Below, in pieces: positions 11,331-26,630 of a stretch of 64,000 nucleotides of DNA. A program made the translations under genes and the position numbers. Below the pieces are notes generated by a model that was not told where the DNA came from, ran no database searches, and saw only the letters and a list, made by a program, of their open reading frames with translations. The stretch is from an uncultured Methanosarcinaceae archaeon. Its GTDB lineage: Archaea; Halobacteriota; Methanosarcinia; Methanosarcinales; Methanosarcinaceae. The stretch covers positions 512,001-576,000 of the forward strand of contig CAVTET010000004.1 in assembly GCA_963733675.1 (NCBI GenBank), in the 5' to 3' direction. Each line of letters opens with the position of its first letter. Within the stretch, counting starts at the first letter, position 1.

Positions 11331-11876
11331 TCAATGAAATTAAAATTTTATTATTTTTAGCCACTTAACAATCTTGAAAACAATTCTTGTAAAAAATATA
11401 CTCTGGTTAAAATGTATCTTTTAACAATTATATCAAGCGAGTTCTATTAAGTATGATATATTCTATTTACTTTATATATTATCGAATTATATATCTTTAT
11501 ACTCATTGGTCGTTGAGATTTGAACATATCTACCTCAAACAAAAATGAGTATATCCAAGAATAGAAAATAAGTCGTGGGAGATTACTGAAAATCACAACC
11601 CAAGGAATTGCTCCATACTGATAGAACAACAACATAGTGTTAGTTTTGTAAAATTTAATACAGTTTCGCAGATTGCTGTAAATTGAAAGTCAAATTTCTG
11701 CATACTGTATATAATTCGGTCTTTAATAGGTGTGATTCCCCTAATCATAATTTCTTGAGCTTTGTGATTTTTCAGACAAATCGGCACATTGCCATATTTG
11801 ATCAATAACTTACTCCTACTAAAAAAATAGACCCATAAATGAGTATACCTTCCGCCTCCCTTCCGGAAAGGTAGAA

Positions 11877-11925
11877 AAGCTGCCGGAAATTGATACCAAA
11901 AAAAATATCTATTCCGGCAGCATTT
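11877..11925. terminator. Inverted repeat downstream of gyrA, possible terminator
   Basis: GCTGCCGGAA...TTCCGGCAGC with A/T-rich flanks. Confidence 0.4.
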
Positions 11926-11953
11926 TGAGCGAATAATTATTTTTATTTACTTC

Positions 11954-11987
11954 ATTCTACATTCAGTACTATTCTACATTCAGTACT
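11954..11987. repeat. 17-bp tandem duplication next to the gyrA stop
   Basis: ATTCTACATTCAGTACT x2. Confidence 0.8.
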
Positions 11988-11988
11988 A

Positions 11989-14802
11989 TTAATCTTCATC
12001 TGCCTCTTTTACTTCAAAATCAACTTCTTCTATTTCCTTTTCCCCTGGGTTTCCCATATCTTCAGTTTCTTCTACGTATTCAAGTAGCTCTATATCTTCG
12101 CCTTCATCCTTTGAGCCCTCTATCTCCCTTTCCTCTCCGCTAGCTTTAAGGGCAGTTAGCTTCAGATCCTTTTCAGCGTCTTCACTTTTTATTCTAGCCA
12201 CACCTACGACTTTATCACCTGGTTTGAGATTCATGAGTCTCACGCCCTGGGTGTTTCTGCCCTGGACTGAGATGTCTTTAGCCGGGATTCGAATTATGAT
12301 TCCATCTGCGCTGGTGAACATAAGTTCATCATATTCAGCTACAGATTTAACTTTCGAGACTGAACCATTCCTTATGTTGGTGATGATTGTAATCACGCCT
12401 TTTCCACCGCGTCGGTAGGCAGGGTATTGAGAGTATTTGGTGCGTTTACCAAAACCGTTTTCAGTTACTGTCAGTAGGGTTGTCGTTTCATCAACAAGAT
12501 CCATGCTGACAACTTCATCGTCCTGACCCTCAATGGTCATCCCACGAACACCTCTTGCAGCTCTGCCCATAGGTCGGACGTTTTCTTCGAGGAAGCGGAT
12601 GGCTTTACCTTTCTTTGAGACCATTACCACTTCCTTATGCCCATCAGTCAGAAGAACTTTCACAAGCTCATCGCCCTCGTCCAGAGTAACTGCAATTATA
12701 CCAGCTTTCCTGGGGTTCCTGAACTCAGAGAGAGGTGTTTTCTTGATAGTGCCTGCTCTTGTCGCCATAAGAAGATATCGATCTTCAGCAAACTCTTTTA
12801 CAGGAATCATGGCATTGACCACTTCTCCTTCCTGCAATTCCAGGAGATTTACTATGGCCTTACCTCTGGACTGACGGGAACCTTCAGGGATTTCATAGAC
12901 TTTTTGCCAATAGAGCTTGCCCAGGTTAGTGAAGAAAAGAATATAGTTATGGGTTGAGGAGATAAAGAGGTTCTCCACTAAGTCCTCTTCCTTCATCTCC
13001 ATGCCGATTATACCCCTTCCTCCACGCCGCTGCATCGAGTAAGTATCCAGAGGAATACGTTTTATATAGCCCTCGTTTGTAATCGTGACCACGACATTTT
13101 CTTCATGTATCATGTCTTCATCCGTGACCTCAGCAGCAGCCGGCACAATTTTCGTCCTGCGGACATCTCCGTATTTTTCTTTAAGTTCTATAAGCTCGTT
13201 TTTAATTATTTCATACTTGATTTCGTCGCTTTCAAGGATCTTCATGAATTCAGCGATCAGTTTCTTGAGACTTTCCAGCTCCTCAATAATTCTACGAGTC
13301 TCAAGTCCAGTAAGGCGCTGTAGACGCATTTCCAATATAGCTTTGGACTGAATTTCGTCAAGGGTAAAATTATCCATAAGGATCTGTTTTGCTATATCGG
13401 CGTTTGCTGAACCTTTAATCAAGGCAACTACTGCGTCTATATTATCCAGGGCAATCCCCAGCCCCATCAAGATGTGAGCCCTCTCTTCACTTTTTTTGAG
13501 ATCATAAAGCGTCCGCTTCTGGATGATTTCCATCCTGTAGTCCAGATAGATCTTCAGAAGTTCCTTTAGATTCAGTTCCTTTGTCTTAATTCCATCCACA
13601 AGGGCCAGGTTGATTATTCCGAAACTAGTCTCCATCTGAGTGTGCTTGTAGAGCTGATTTAAGATAACCTTTGAGTTAGACCCCCGAGAGATCTCGATAA
13701 CAACCCTAATTCCGTCCCTGTCTGACTCGTCTCGCAGATCTGAAATTCCAACTATTGTCTTATCTCGGGCGAGCTGAGCAATGTTTTCAATCATTCGAGC
13801 TTTATTCACCTGATATGGAAGCTCTGTTACAATGATCTGTTCCCTATCTTTCTTCAATACCTGTATTTCAGCGACTGCGCGAATCTTTACCGAACCCCTT
13901 CCAGTCATGTACGCAGACTTTATGCCTGCTGTTCCCAGGATATGGGCACCCGTAGGGAAGTCAGGACCCTTGATTATGGTCATGAGTTCCATAATTGTTA
14001 TTTCCGAGTTTTCAATAAGCATGAGAGTGCCGTCAATTACCTCTCTTATATTATGAGGGGCCATGTTTGTTGCCATGCCCACTGCAATGCCCGTTGATCC
14101 ATTTATGAGAAGCTGCGGAAGTTTTGTAGGAAGAACCTCGGGCTCTTCCATGGATCCATCATAGTTAGGCCTGAAGGGCACCGTTTCCTTCTCGAGATCT
14201 GCCAGCATCTCCTCTGCAATTTTGTCCATGCGAACTTCGGTATAACGCATTGCTGCAGCCTCATCCCCATCAATAGATCCGAAGTTACCCTGCCCATCGA
14301 TTAAAGGGTAACGAAGAGAGAAAGGCTGAACCATCCGCACTATACTGTCATAAACTGCAGTGTCCCCATGGGGGTGATATTTACCTAGCACGTCACCTAC
14401 CACACGGGCGGATTTCTTGTAGGACTTGTCATGGGTAATCCCTGCCTCTTTCATGGCAAAAAGTATTCTACGGTGAACCGGTTTTAAACCATCACGGGCA
14501 TCTGGAAGTGCCCTCCCGACTATCACACTCATTGCATAGTTGATGTAGGAGCGTTTCATCTCATCATCGATGAGGACAGTAGTAATCCCTGTCTTTTTAG
14601 AACTTGGTCCTTCGTCTTCAGGGTCTTCCAGAGCAGGATAGGATATGGATATTTTTGATTTCTTTTCAGGATTTTTTTGTGCGAGAGCTGAGGCAATTTC
14701 CTCATTTTCCAACTCTTCACTATGCTCTTTAGGGATCAGAGTGGCCTGATAAGATTTTTTCACTTCAGCTTCTTGTTCTATTTCGTTTTCGTCTTTTGCC
14801 AT
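11989..14802 (-). CDS. gyrA: DNA gyrase subunit A
   Basis: [23 protein letters not shown] (catalytic Tyr), GyrA-box QRRGGRG, pinwheel repeats; start reassigned to MAKDENE after GAGGTG RBS. Confidence 0.97.
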   Translation of the reverse strand: MAKDENEIEQEAEVKKSYQATLIPKEHSEELENEEIASALAQKNPEKKSKISISYPALEDPEDEGPSSKKTGITTVLIDDEMKRSYINYAMSVIVGRALPDARDGLKPVHRRILFAMKEAGITHDKSYKKSARVVGDVLGKYHPHGDTAVYDSIVRMVQPFSLRYPLIDGQGNFGSIDGDEAAAMRYTEVRMDKIAEEMLADLEKETVPFRPNYDGSMEEPEVLPTKLPQLLINGSTGIAVGMATNMAPHNIREVIDGTLMLIENSEITIMELMTIIKGPDFPTGAHILGTAGIKSAYMTGRGSVKIRAVAEIQVLKKDREQIIVTELPYQVNKARMIENIAQLARDKTIVGISDLRDESDRDGIRVVIEISRGSNSKVILNQLYKHTQMETSFGIINLALVDGIKTKELNLKELLKIYLDYRMEIIQKRTLYDLKKSEERAHILMGLGIALDNIDAVVALIKGSANADIAKQILMDNFTLDEIQSKAILEMRLQRLTGLETRRIIEELESLKKLIAEFMKILESDEIKYEIIKNELIELKEKYGDVRRTKIVPAAAEVTDEDMIHEENVVVTITNEGYIKRIPLDTYSMQRRGGRGIIGMEMKEEDLVENLFISSTHNYILFFTNLGKLYWQKVYEIPEGSRQSRGKAIVNLLELQEGEVVNAMIPVKEFAEDRYLLMATRAGTIKKTPLSEFRNPRKAGIIAVTLDEGDELVKVLLTDGHKEVVMVSKKGKAIRFLEENVRPMGRAARGVRGMTIEGQDDEVVSMDLVDETTTLLTVTENGFGKRTKYSQYPAYRRGGKGVITIITNIRNGSVSKVKSVAEYDELMFTSADGIIIRIPAKDISVQGRNTQGVRLMNLKPGDKVVGVARIKSEDAEKDLKLTALKASGEEREIEGSKDEGEDIELLEYVEETEDMGNPGEKEIEEVDFEVKEADED

Positions 14803-14812
14803 TTTAGACACC

Positions 14813-16723
<1,911 letters not shown>

Positions 16724-17517
16724 TTATTCTCCATAAAAATATGATAATTATCTGAATTATGCAACATTTCGCTTTTTTTAAAAACTCGTGAGAAAACTTT
16801 TGTCAAAATAAATTTTAGAAAATAATAAGAATAATAGCCATATAATCCTTCAATTATTACCATATTGATTTTATATTTCCTACGATGTTTCTACCATAAA
16901 CCGAATTCAATCTGCACTCATACATTTTAAGCCTTTAGATCCACTGAAAATTACATTAGATTCTTCGGTCTAAATCTTCTTGGAAAAGGTATTTTTACAT
17001 AATTTTATATCCAAATTTGCGAATTTTATACTCACTTTTTAACACTTCTTTTGGTTAAATAAATATTTTCTGTTTGATAAGCAAAAATTTGTATCACCTA
17101 AGGTGTACGAGCAAGACTTGCGGCATTGTAAAAATTTTTGAATATACATTTAGATAGTCAAATCCCAAGTATTTTAATTAATAGAAGAAGTCACTTTTAT
17201 TGTATCAAGAAAATTATTAGTAAAGGCTGAGGTGAAAAAGTAATGCTTAAATAAGGTTCCTGCTTAAAAAAGCGAAGTTCAGATAATTTATAGAATCAAT
17301 TTATAAAAAGATGCAATATAACAGCACTTCACTAAATTGTAATCGATGAATACAAAAGCTGATCTACTTATGTTAGTCTTATTAAAAAATAATGTGCAGT
17401 AGAAACTCTCAAATTAGACTTCTAACTTAAAAATCGATTTTTTTTCATTAATCCTGGCTTTCACTTATTTTTTATTTTAAAGCATTAACATTAAATAATC
17501 CAAAATTTGACGTTCTC

Positions 17518-18389
17518 ATGGCTAAAAATAATGTTATATATAAAGAAGTCCTCTTCAAGGACTCCCTCGAAAACTATCTTAGCATAGAAGATACTTCAAT
17601 TTGCCAATTATTGCACTGTCTCTCATTAAGAGATTTCAAAGCACGTAGAAAACACTTTATGTACCAACAAAAGTTTTCAATGAAAGTAAAGTGTTTCTTG
17701 TATGATAAAAACTCTTTATTTTGAAAAGTTTTAAAAAACATAAGTATGATAAAACTATTTCTTCCCTAACAGAGGAAGAAGCTATTCGGGAATTTTTTTA
17801 TGAAAAAGTCCAGATAAAACTTCCTTAAGGTTGAAACCTTATCATTTTATGAATAAAAGGCTCTTAGAGAAAGGTATCAATGAGATAATTATGTTTTTGA
17901 TGAAAAAATCCTCAAAACTCTCACAAGAAAAAAAGCTAAGATCGATTTCACTTCACTTAGAGCTTCAAGATATGATTAGCATTCTGATTATAATCCACAT
18001 TATGAAAGTATAATAGATAAGGGATACATCACAACGTTTGGAACTTATCCTGTTTTCAGGATATATATTAATGGTTTTGCTTCTGATTTTCTTGAACTTA
18101 TTAAACATATACAAGCTTTACAAAAAATAAATGCTGATATAGGATCATATTCTTCTGACGAGGTTATGATTCTTTTCTTAATCATACATAAATGTGGTTT
18201 CATCTTAAAGCAACAACAGGCATTACTTATACATCAAATGCCGTAATCAATAAGAAAGTAGAGATTGAGAGAATAGATCATGGGCCAATAAAATATGGAA
18301 AAAAGGAAGAGAAATATCAACAAAAAAATGGGAGAAATACTCAGTTTCGATGCCATAATGGAAGAATGGTTCAGATTGGAATACTTTAG
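17518..18389 (+). pseudogene. Decayed DDE transposase (resembles a common Methanosarcina IS)
   Basis: Chain of frameshifted fragments MAKNNVIYKEV..SLTEEEAI..ASRYD..DYNPHYE..GTYPVF..ERIDH; family recalled from memory, not searched. Confidence 0.55.
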
Positions 18390-19244
18390 TTTGATTGGAG
18401 CTAAACATATAAATTCTTTTTGCTACCGCTATTATCAAAAATAGTTCAATTTTGATTCAATCAAAGATGACACATGAGCTATATTTCAAGGTTCTAGCAA
18501 CAACGTCTATACAAATTGTCATTCACACACTCAATTCAAAATACAGGTTAAAAAAATACGTTGTGGAGTTTAGTTAAGCAATCATCTAAAGAAAATAGAG
18601 TTGTAGCCATCAAAATAGATAAAAATCAAAATGAGTTTAAGAAATGTATTTCTCTACAAAAAAAATATTTGACTCGATCAAATTTCCTGTTATTTGTTTC
18701 ACTGTAGTAAATATATAAGTATAAAATAATCTCCCTGTGGATATAAAAAGGGAAATGGAACAAATTCAAGGTAAAATTCGAGAAAATGGATAGAATTATA
18801 TAGGGTATCTGAGCTGTTGGCGAAGTATTAAACTTGTTAAAGTAAGAAGCTTCTCAATTTAATCCTAAGAGTAAACATCAATGTATTTTTATTCCGTCAT
18901 TTAGCTATAACTATCTTTTTTAAGGAAAATATATTCTACAATGTTTATCTAGTTTCTAGATATTCATATATAAAACGTAAATGAATAAAACTTAATCAGT
19001 TTATTTAAAAATGAAGAAGTATAAATTGAATAAATTATAATAGTTGATTACTGCGAGTATCGCACATGCTCAAATTTAGAAATTTTAAAACATCAATCTT
19101 GTAGGCAAACCTTGTAGATGGGGACGAAACAATTGCCGATACTGGGAAATCATGCAAATCAATTCTATTGATTTTGATTGCACCAGTGCTTGAATTCACA
19201 GTTTTCGTTAATAATTTTAAAATATAACTTGGGGGTTATTCAAA

Positions 19245-20215
19245 TTGAATAATGAGCAGTCTATAGGCAAAGAAATCAAGTGTATAAGTAAAACAGAACA
19301 ATATCAACCCGAAAGAGGTATAACTCCCCAGAACATCATAGTAGTTCTTCCTGCTTATAATGAAGAAGTCTCCATCGGAAGCATGGTTCTCCTGACCAAA
19401 TTTTATGCGGACAACGTAATAGTTGTTGACGACGGTAGTTCAGACCGTACATCTGACATTGCCAAAGAAGCTGGAGCCGAAGTAATCGTACATCAAATCA
19501 ACATGGGAAAAGGGGAGCTCTAAAAACCGGTTTTACAGTCGCAGCCAGTTTGGGTGTCGATGTAATTGTAACAATGGATTCAGACGGCCAGCACAACCCT
19601 GCCGACATTCCAAAGCTAATAGCTCCAATTATTGAGGGAAATGCTGACATTGTAAATGGTAGCCGTTACTTAAACGGCCTTGACAAAAGCACTCCTTTTT
19701 ACCGCCGCGTCGGCCAGACCATTTTGGACAGGTTCACTAACATAAACTCAGGCATCCATATTACCGATTCCCAGAGCGGTTTTCGCGCCTTTGCAGCCTC
19801 TACAATAGAGGTTTTTCGCTTTAATGCACCGGGTATGGCTATAGAAAGCGAAATGCTTGCAGATGCCGGGAAAGCCGGCCTCCGCATAAAAGAAGTCGAG
19901 ATCGGGGTCCGTTATGACGTTGACTGTTCCACCAAACATCCGATCCATCACGGCCTTGAAGTCCTCATCATGATCTTAAAGGACATTGAATTCGACAAGC
20001 CCCTTTTTTACTTCACAATCCCCGGTATATCTCTTGGAGTAGGCGGTCTCTACATGGTTGCACACTTTCTGCAAACATTTTCTATGGGAGAAAATCTCAG
20101 TTTCGGGCTTACGATGCTCATGATCTTACTAATTGCTACAGGGAGTTTTATGGCTCTAACAGGCATCATGCTGCATTCAATGTCTGCAATCCTTAAGGGT
20201 ATTAGGGCAGCTTAA
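19245..20215 (+). pseudogene. GT2 glycosyltransferase split by a 1-bp deletion (paralog of 400-1302)
   Basis: PAYNEE..DDGSSD in ORF1; MDSDGQH..GSRY..DSQSGFRA in ORF2; restoring one base at GGAAAAGGGGAGCTCTAAAA (~19510) gives GKGGALKTGF. Confidence 0.85.
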
Positions 20216-20892
20216 ATCTATACTAAGGAAACACTTTTTTTTGAAAACATTGCGGATTCCCATCTCACACCTACATTCACATGATTTGCAGGTTTTTCAT
20301 TTTTGTTCATGAAATGCCCAAGGAATGTCAGTTTATAAATTGGAACCGGATCCAAAAACTCAAAATTTGCTTACTTGAATTTCATATTTTGAGTGGATAA
20401 TCTAGTTTTATGATCATGACAAAGATTCTGAAAACTCTTAACCATTAGAAGCAGAATGGCTTTCGAGGTAAATTCAATCAAAAATAAAAAAGAGCTATTC
20501 TTTTTTGCCTTGAATCCATTTGCCAGCTTTGCAGCATCTAGTCTTTCACCATGAACATTTTTGCCTTTGTTTTCAATAATCCTGTATTACACAAAAGGTG
20601 ACTATAATAGAGGACCACCAAAAAATATACACCGGGCTAGAAGCTTTTGATTCTGACTTTAACAAAAAAATCTGTACCGGATTAAACATCTATCTTCATT
20701 AAAGAAAAAATAAGCATAAATAATAAAATATTTCGATAAATGTCTGATGTTCAGCAAATACCTATACATATTTTATAGGTTATATAATACAGGTTAGGTA
20801 TTTACCTAAATACTTGAAAATAAATAGTTGAATTTCCCCAAATATAGCTAAATATGGAAAAGTATAATTCAAAGGAAGTATCAGCCTAAGAT

Positions 20893-21756
20893 TTATTTTT
20901 TTCTCTGCTGTTTCTTTTCGTATTCCTTTTCGAGTTCAAAAATTCCTCTAGCTGCCTCAAGTTCTTTTTCAATCCTGGAATAATGTAAAAGCACAAGACC
21001 AACACCAATGATCAGTACCACAATTGTGGCTAAGAAAAATATAGGCGCAGATTTAGTATAATATTTTACCTGAATAGCAACTTCTCTTTTTCCCATTTTC
21101 GAAGAAATCCAACGAAGATTTTGCCTTCCTTTTTCATCAAAAGTTACGTTGGAAGGTGTCGGTAGTGCGATTCCAAATACCCTGTTGCCAGTAACATACC
21201 CTACTGGAAGAACCACACGGATAAACTCAGAATCAGGTTTTATGAATCCAAAGCTCTGGGTCCCTGGAATTTCATTTGTATAAGCAATAAATCCTGTGAC
21301 AGGTTCTTCAAATTCTAGGTGTATAACTTTCAGGTTCTGGCTAATTTCTTGAATCAGAGTATATTTCACAGATGAATTCTCAGTTTTGTGTGAAATTTCT
21401 CGTAAAGTATTGACGTCTGCTACGATCTTCTTCGAAAGATCCACAAGCAATACAAAATTTTCAATTGGTTTATCCTCTGAATTGCCGCCTAAGGTATCGG
21501 GAGGATAAATATCAAATTTACTACAATTTATTACAATGTTTACAACCTGTACTTTTCTATTATCCTCTGATATATAGTATGTGCTGGTATTTGCAGGTGT
21601 TTGATTGATCCATGAATCCTGAAAAACCTCAAATTCATAGCTAGAGATATTGCCGGGCTGATCAAGGAAAATTTTCTTTTTTTCGTCGATACAACCTGAT
21701 ACTAGGACCACCATCAGGACAAGGAATATAAAAATTAGTTTAGTTTTTATTTCCAC
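20893..21756 (-). CDS. Exported lipoprotein-like protein with C-terminal TM anchor
   Basis: Signal peptide with lipobox-like VSGC; C-terminal hydrophobic helix followed by a basic tail. Confidence 0.75.
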   Translation of the reverse strand: MEIKTKLIFIFLVLMVVLVSGCIDEKKKIFLDQPGNISSYEFEVFQDSWINQTPANTSTYYISEDNRKVQVVNIVINCSKFDIYPPDTLGGNSEDKPIENFVLLVDLSKKIVADVNTLREISHKTENSSVKYTLIQEISQNLKVIHLEFEEPVTGFIAYTNEIPGTQSFGFIKPDSEFIRVVLPVGYVTGNRVFGIALPTPSNVTFDEKGRQNLRWISSKMGKREVAIQVKYYTKSAPIFFLATIVVLIIGVGLVLLHYSRIEKELEAARGIFELEKEYEKKQQRKK

Positions 21757-22362
21757 AAAAATTCTCCCTTTAGCTTCAAGCGATCTTTTTCAGCCTGCGA
21801 CAATTTCTTTCTCCCCCAAAGTGAAGCCATTTTAGGATATGGAACATGTTAGCCTTTATCCTATGCTCTCTCTTCTTAATAAATAAAGCGGATATCCAGT
21901 AATTCCGAATCTTTAAGTTCCAAAGCCATTTCTACAACTCCGACCTATATTAAAAAAATATTTTAAGTTCATGAAGCAATTGGTTTAACATCGAAAAACA
22001 ATTACACTTTCGAATATAAGTTTAAGGGCTGAGAATCAACTTTCAATATTATGACAATGTTGGATCAGAACAGAGAATGCATCTGATTTGCAACAAATAA
22101 AAAAATTGATATTATAGCCAAATTTGGCAAGAAAAAAATCTTATGAATGCAGAGAAAGATGGAATATAGAAACTGGATATAAGTAAACTATGAGTTTAAT
22201 ATACTAACATGTCCAAAATCATCCCATCGCAAAGAATTTTTTTTGCAATACAATATTCGAAACTACATCAAATCTGAACTACTGTAATCGTGATGTAAAA
22301 GGGCAACATAAAACTCCAATTTCCTAAAGAAAGAATAAAAATCAGGCAGATAAACTCAAAAC

Positions 22363-22620
22363 TCAGGGGCTAAGCTTTCCAGAAAAATTCAAAAATCTCT
22401 CCATCATAGGCCAGTCAATTTTCTTTATATACTTTGCCTGGATCTTTGAAATATAAAGAACATTACTACCAATAAGTATCTTAAGGTCTGAAGGTTTGTG
22501 TGAAACGTAATCAAGCGTAAGAAGTACCGGGCCCTCTGTAGAGGTGGAAAGCCTGAAATCCTGCCCACTTTTTCTTATATAAGCTCTTACCTTCTCATCA
22601 ATTGCAAACGACGGAATCAT
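22363..22620 (-). CDS. Small conserved-looking hypothetical protein
   Basis: MIPSFAIDEKVRAYI...GPVLL...KPSDLKILIG; GGTG RBS-like sequence upstream; protein-like composition. Confidence 0.6.
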   Translation of the reverse strand: MIPSFAIDEKVRAYIRKSGQDFRLSTSTEGPVLLTLDYVSHKPSDLKILIGSNVLYISKIQAKYIKKIDWPMMERFLNFSGKLSP

Positions 22621-22968
22621 ATTAGCACCATACAAAATTTGCCCTGGGAAGATAAATAATTACAGGTTTTGAAACTTGGGTCAGCCGTCATAAAGTGATT
22701 GATATTTTCATAATCAAGTTTCCATTGTGACTAAAATTTATGTTCCCATGCGCCTAAGTATATATGTTCTAACTAACCTCATTGAAGTGCAGAACGAAGA
22801 GACCAAAAAATAGTACGACATGCGTTTTGATAAGAAAATCAATCAAATAATCGAAGAGGACAAAAATTGAGAGATGATAAAAACTCGACGATACGGATAA
22901 AGTTCTGACCTTTAAGAATCTCCAGGGCAGTTTTAAATTGGATGAAAGCAATTTAGAACAAAGATATT

Positions 22969-23280
22969 ATGATGATGAGAGATAAGAGAAAACTTGTAAT
23001 CTGGCCAATATACATTGACCAGATGAAGTCAAGGAGCAAGGGAAGAATAATAGCTCGGAAAAATTCGATCAAGGAGCCGCAGCTCAATGAGATAAAAGAG
23101 GCAGCCAGACAACTTGGCCTAAATCCTGAAATAGAGCCCGAAAAAGCCTACCCCAAGTCCTGGTGGGAAGTAAGTGGGAGAGTGCTTGTAGACGACAAAG
23201 GTCCTAAATCAATTATCACAAAACAGATAGCCTTGTCCATAAAAAAAATGCGCGGACAGAAGGACTCTACTAGAAGTTGA
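22969..23280 (+). CDS. srp19: Signal recognition particle 19 kDa protein
   Basis: VIWPIYID..KSRSKGR..EP.L.EI..AA..LGL..EPEKAYPKSWW..GRV. Confidence 0.93.
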   Translation: MMMRDKRKLVIWPIYIDQMKSRSKGRIIARKNSIKEPQLNEIKEAARQLGLNPEIEPEKAYPKSWWEVSGRVLVDDKGPKSIITKQIALSIKKMRGQKDSTRS

Positions 23281-23540
23281 AATTAAAAATCACTCGGAAT
23301 TGAAGTTAATAATTGACTTTTTTCGGTGAAGTAAAGAATCAATTAAAGGAGTTGCCTTAAATTAAAATTTCAAATTAAATTTATATTTGCATGTGTAAAA
23401 ACTACTTTTAGTCAAATTCAAATAATTCTGATAATTTTTACCTTATCAGTTTTGTTTCTGCAATTTTTGTCCGAATTAATGTTTGTATAAATTTCATTAC
23501 CATATTTTTTGTATACATTACTTAATTACTCACAACTAAT

Positions 23541-23670
23541 TTCCAAAGATATGCACAAAATACCATCTATTTTCTCAACATGAAAGTGGATTAAAAATTA
23601 GACTAACCTTCAATGAATAATAGTAGATAAATGGATAGACAAATCAAATATATATATTGTATTTATAAAT
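23541..23670. mobile_element. MITE-like family A, degenerate copy 2
   Basis: AGATATGCACAAAATACCATCTATTTTCTCAA...AAAAATTAGACTAACCTTCAATGAATAATAG matches the internal sequence of the other copies. Confidence 0.5.
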
Positions 23671-24613
23671 ATGGGATTTCTGTTTAAGAACATATTGCCT
23701 TGATTATTCATTCCATAATCTGGAAAAACTTTATTCAAGCAACAAAACTATGAGAAATCCATACCAGAAAGAATTTCAATCCACACAAATAATAATAGAA
23801 TCAGCATAACTATTCAGCCTAGGGGGAAAAAAAAATATCATTAGTGATCTTTACTAAAACTCAATGCAAATTTAGTCAGAATATCTGATTAATCTGTAGA
23901 GTATTAGTAATAGTTATTATTTTTCCATTAGTTAGTAATCAGAAAAGAATTTTGATAAACCTCCGATTTCCGCAAATTAATTATATAGGCATTACAAACA
24001 ACCAGCCAAAAATTGGGGTTTCTCGAAATCCTCAGAAGTTACTTACTAAGGAAACGATCTAAAATCGGATCATGTCCTTGAGTAATTGAGCAAATCTAAA
24101 AAAAGAGTACAACTATCATTTTTTGGACAAATATAAAGAGAGTTTCATGCTTACCATTTTCACAAAATCATGGATACGACCGAAAATTGATAGCAAGAAA
24201 AATTGTGAACTATGATGTTTTACTGGGGAAGTGGTTGAAAAATTGGATAACATAATTTCATGAAACTCAGTGTATGAGTCCTTGTTCTCAAGCTCTAAAT
24301 CCCAGTATATAATAGCTTTTGGGGCCTTCTCCTTGAAAGGCAATTTCTAATATTTGACCTGTATTTGAGATAACTTTTTGGAAAAAAAGCTATCTCATAG
24401 TCGAAAGTTTTTCAATCACACCTTAATATGTAGAAGATATTTTAGTAACTATGAGATTTTGGAACTACTGTTTCTGTAAAACACAAGTTTCCGTCACATC
24501 TAATATATGAATATAGCTAGAAGAATATGGTCAAAAATAATTCACGGATAAATTTATGTTCCCGGAGGTTCCGAAGATTTGTAGTCTCAGAAATCCTGAA
24601 CAAATAAATTGAA

Positions 24614-26290
24614 TTAATACGAATAATCCTTTTTTTTCGTACTTTTCGTATTTCTCATGTTATTCGAATTATTCATGGTGCCAGAATTAGTCATATTCTT
24701 TGAGCCTTTTCCCTTTGATTTCTGGGCAAGTTCCACAAAGGGTTTTCGTCCTTTCTTTTTGTTTTTGAATATTTCAAGTAATGTTTCAGCCTGAGCAAAG
24801 GGTACAGTTACGAAAGAAAAATTTGGAAAAATCTCTGCATCCATTATTTTCAGTTCGCTATCTCCTGTCTCCTCCTGTATGAACTCTCGTAACTTGTCCG
24901 GAGTCATGCCGTCGAATTTTCCCATGGCAATAAATAGCCTGGTTTTACCCTTTCTATCGACATATGAACTGCCGGTAATCTCTGCATACATGCTTTCATC
25001 GAACTTTTCCTTGAAAGCGTACTTAAGGACTGCGGCCAGGATTTTCTCTGCCGGATATTCATCGAGGAGTTTTTCACTCATTTCAAGGCAATCAATGTAT
25101 TCTTCTGCTTTTATGGTTGACTCAAGTTCAGCTTTCACTCTTGCCCGTTTGGCTTTGATAACATCTTTTATTTCAGGCAATCTTCCTTTCCTCATATCGG
25201 ACTTTGAAGTTTTTATAATGTAGGTTAACCGCCTATATTCCGTGGATGTAACAAAGGTGATAGCAGTTCCCTGCTTACCAGCTCTTCCTGTCCTTCCTAT
25301 TCTGTGCACGTAGGAATCAGGATCTTGGGGCAATGAATAGTTGATAACATGGGTTAACTCTATGATATCGATACCTCTCGCTGCAACATCAGTTGCTACC
25401 AGGATATTGATCTTCTGCTTCCTAAATTTGTTCAGGATTTTTTCCCGCTCCTGTTGTGAGAGGTCACCGTGTAGAGCATCGACTAAATAACCCCTATCTC
25501 CTAAATTTTGAGCAAGCTTACTTGTATCAGTTTTTGTCCTGCAAAATATGAGCCCGTAAAATTCATCTTCAATGTCAATAATCCTGCAGAGGGCCTCAAA
25601 TTTATCGCTTTCCTGGACTTCGAAGTAGATTTGTTCGGTCAGGTCTGTGACAAGTTCCTCCTCAATGGCAACGTGCTCATATTTTTGCATATACTTTTTG
25701 ACGATCCCAAGGATTGCTTTTGGCATTGTAGCTGAAAAGAAAAGCATTCTTTTTTTAGGACCAGTTGCATTCAAAATATCCTTTATAGCATCAATAAAAC
25801 CCATGTTTAGCATTTCGTCGGCTTCATCCAGCACGAAATATGCAACATCTTTGAGGTTTAAGCTCTTTCGCTCAAGGTGGTCGATGATTCGTCCAGGTGT
25901 TCCGACAACAATGTCAACCCCGATTTTCAGTGCACGAAGTTGCTGGGTCATAGACTGCCCACCATATATGGGGATGATATGCAATTTTTTATCCCCTTTG
26001 AGGGAATTTAGTTCCTCTGAAACCTGAATTGCCAATTCTCGGGTTGGTGTCAGGATTATTGCCTGTATTTTCCCTGATTTTTCAGGGATTTTTTCGATAA
26101 TAGGGGCTCCGAAAGCCGTTGTTTTCCCTGTCCCGGTCTGTGCCTGCCCTATAATATCACACTCTCCTTTCAAAAAAAGTGGGATAACCTTTTCCTGGAT
26201 TGGAGTTGGTTCTTCAAACCCTTTCTTTTTTAGAGCTTTCAACGTGCTGTCTGAAAGCCCTAATGCCTTAAATTTTGCTAATTTTTCCAT
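24614..26290 (-). CDS. DEAD-box RNA helicase (DeaD/CsdA-like, DbpA-type RNA-binding C-domain)
   Basis: Q-motif, AQTGTGKT, PTRELA, DEAD, SAT, ARGID, HRIGRTGRAG. Confidence 0.95.
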   Translation of the reverse strand: MEKLAKFKALGLSDSTLKALKKKGFEEPTPIQEKVIPLFLKGECDIIGQAQTGTGKTTAFGAPIIEKIPEKSGKIQAIILTPTRELAIQVSEELNSLKGDKKLHIIPIYGGQSMTQQLRALKIGVDIVVGTPGRIIDHLERKSLNLKDVAYFVLDEADEMLNMGFIDAIKDILNATGPKKRMLFFSATMPKAILGIVKKYMQKYEHVAIEEELVTDLTEQIYFEVQESDKFEALCRIIDIEDEFYGLIFCRTKTDTSKLAQNLGDRGYLVDALHGDLSQQEREKILNKFRKQKINILVATDVAARGIDIIELTHVINYSLPQDPDSYVHRIGRTGRAGKQGTAITFVTSTEYRRLTYIIKTSKSDMRKGRLPEIKDVIKAKRARVKAELESTIKAEEYIDCLEMSEKLLDEYPAEKILAAVLKYAFKEKFDESMYAEITGSSYVDRKGKTRLFIAMGKFDGMTPDKLREFIQEETGDSELKIMDAEIFPNFSFVTVPFAQAETLLEIFKNKKKGRKPFVELAQKSKGKGSKNMTNSGTMNNSNNMRNTKSTKKKDYSY

Positions 26291-26630
26291 ATACTCACTC
26301 TATTATTGACAATTATTTTCTACAAATCTTGCAAATTGCAGACTTGCTACTATTACTCGCTACAGCATACCCAGCACTTTCATTTATGGAAAAACGTCAC
26401 TTATTAAAACGGTAAAGAGACCAGCTAAATATAAGTAAACACGCAGTATAAATGGTTAATATTCCCGGGAATGCTAGAATGTGCCTAAGGACCAGGTAAA
26501 TTCAGAAACTGAATACATAAAACTTATACAGCAAAAATAAGATTTTCTTGGATAAGTTCCATATGCTTTTTTGAATTCATCCCTATGGTGCAGGCAAACT
26601 AATTGATTACACTGAATAATTTTTTATTTT

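Noticed and set aside
21760-21950. Possible decayed gene tail upstream of the lipoprotein gene
   Set aside because: Coding-like on the minus strand but too fragmented to assign
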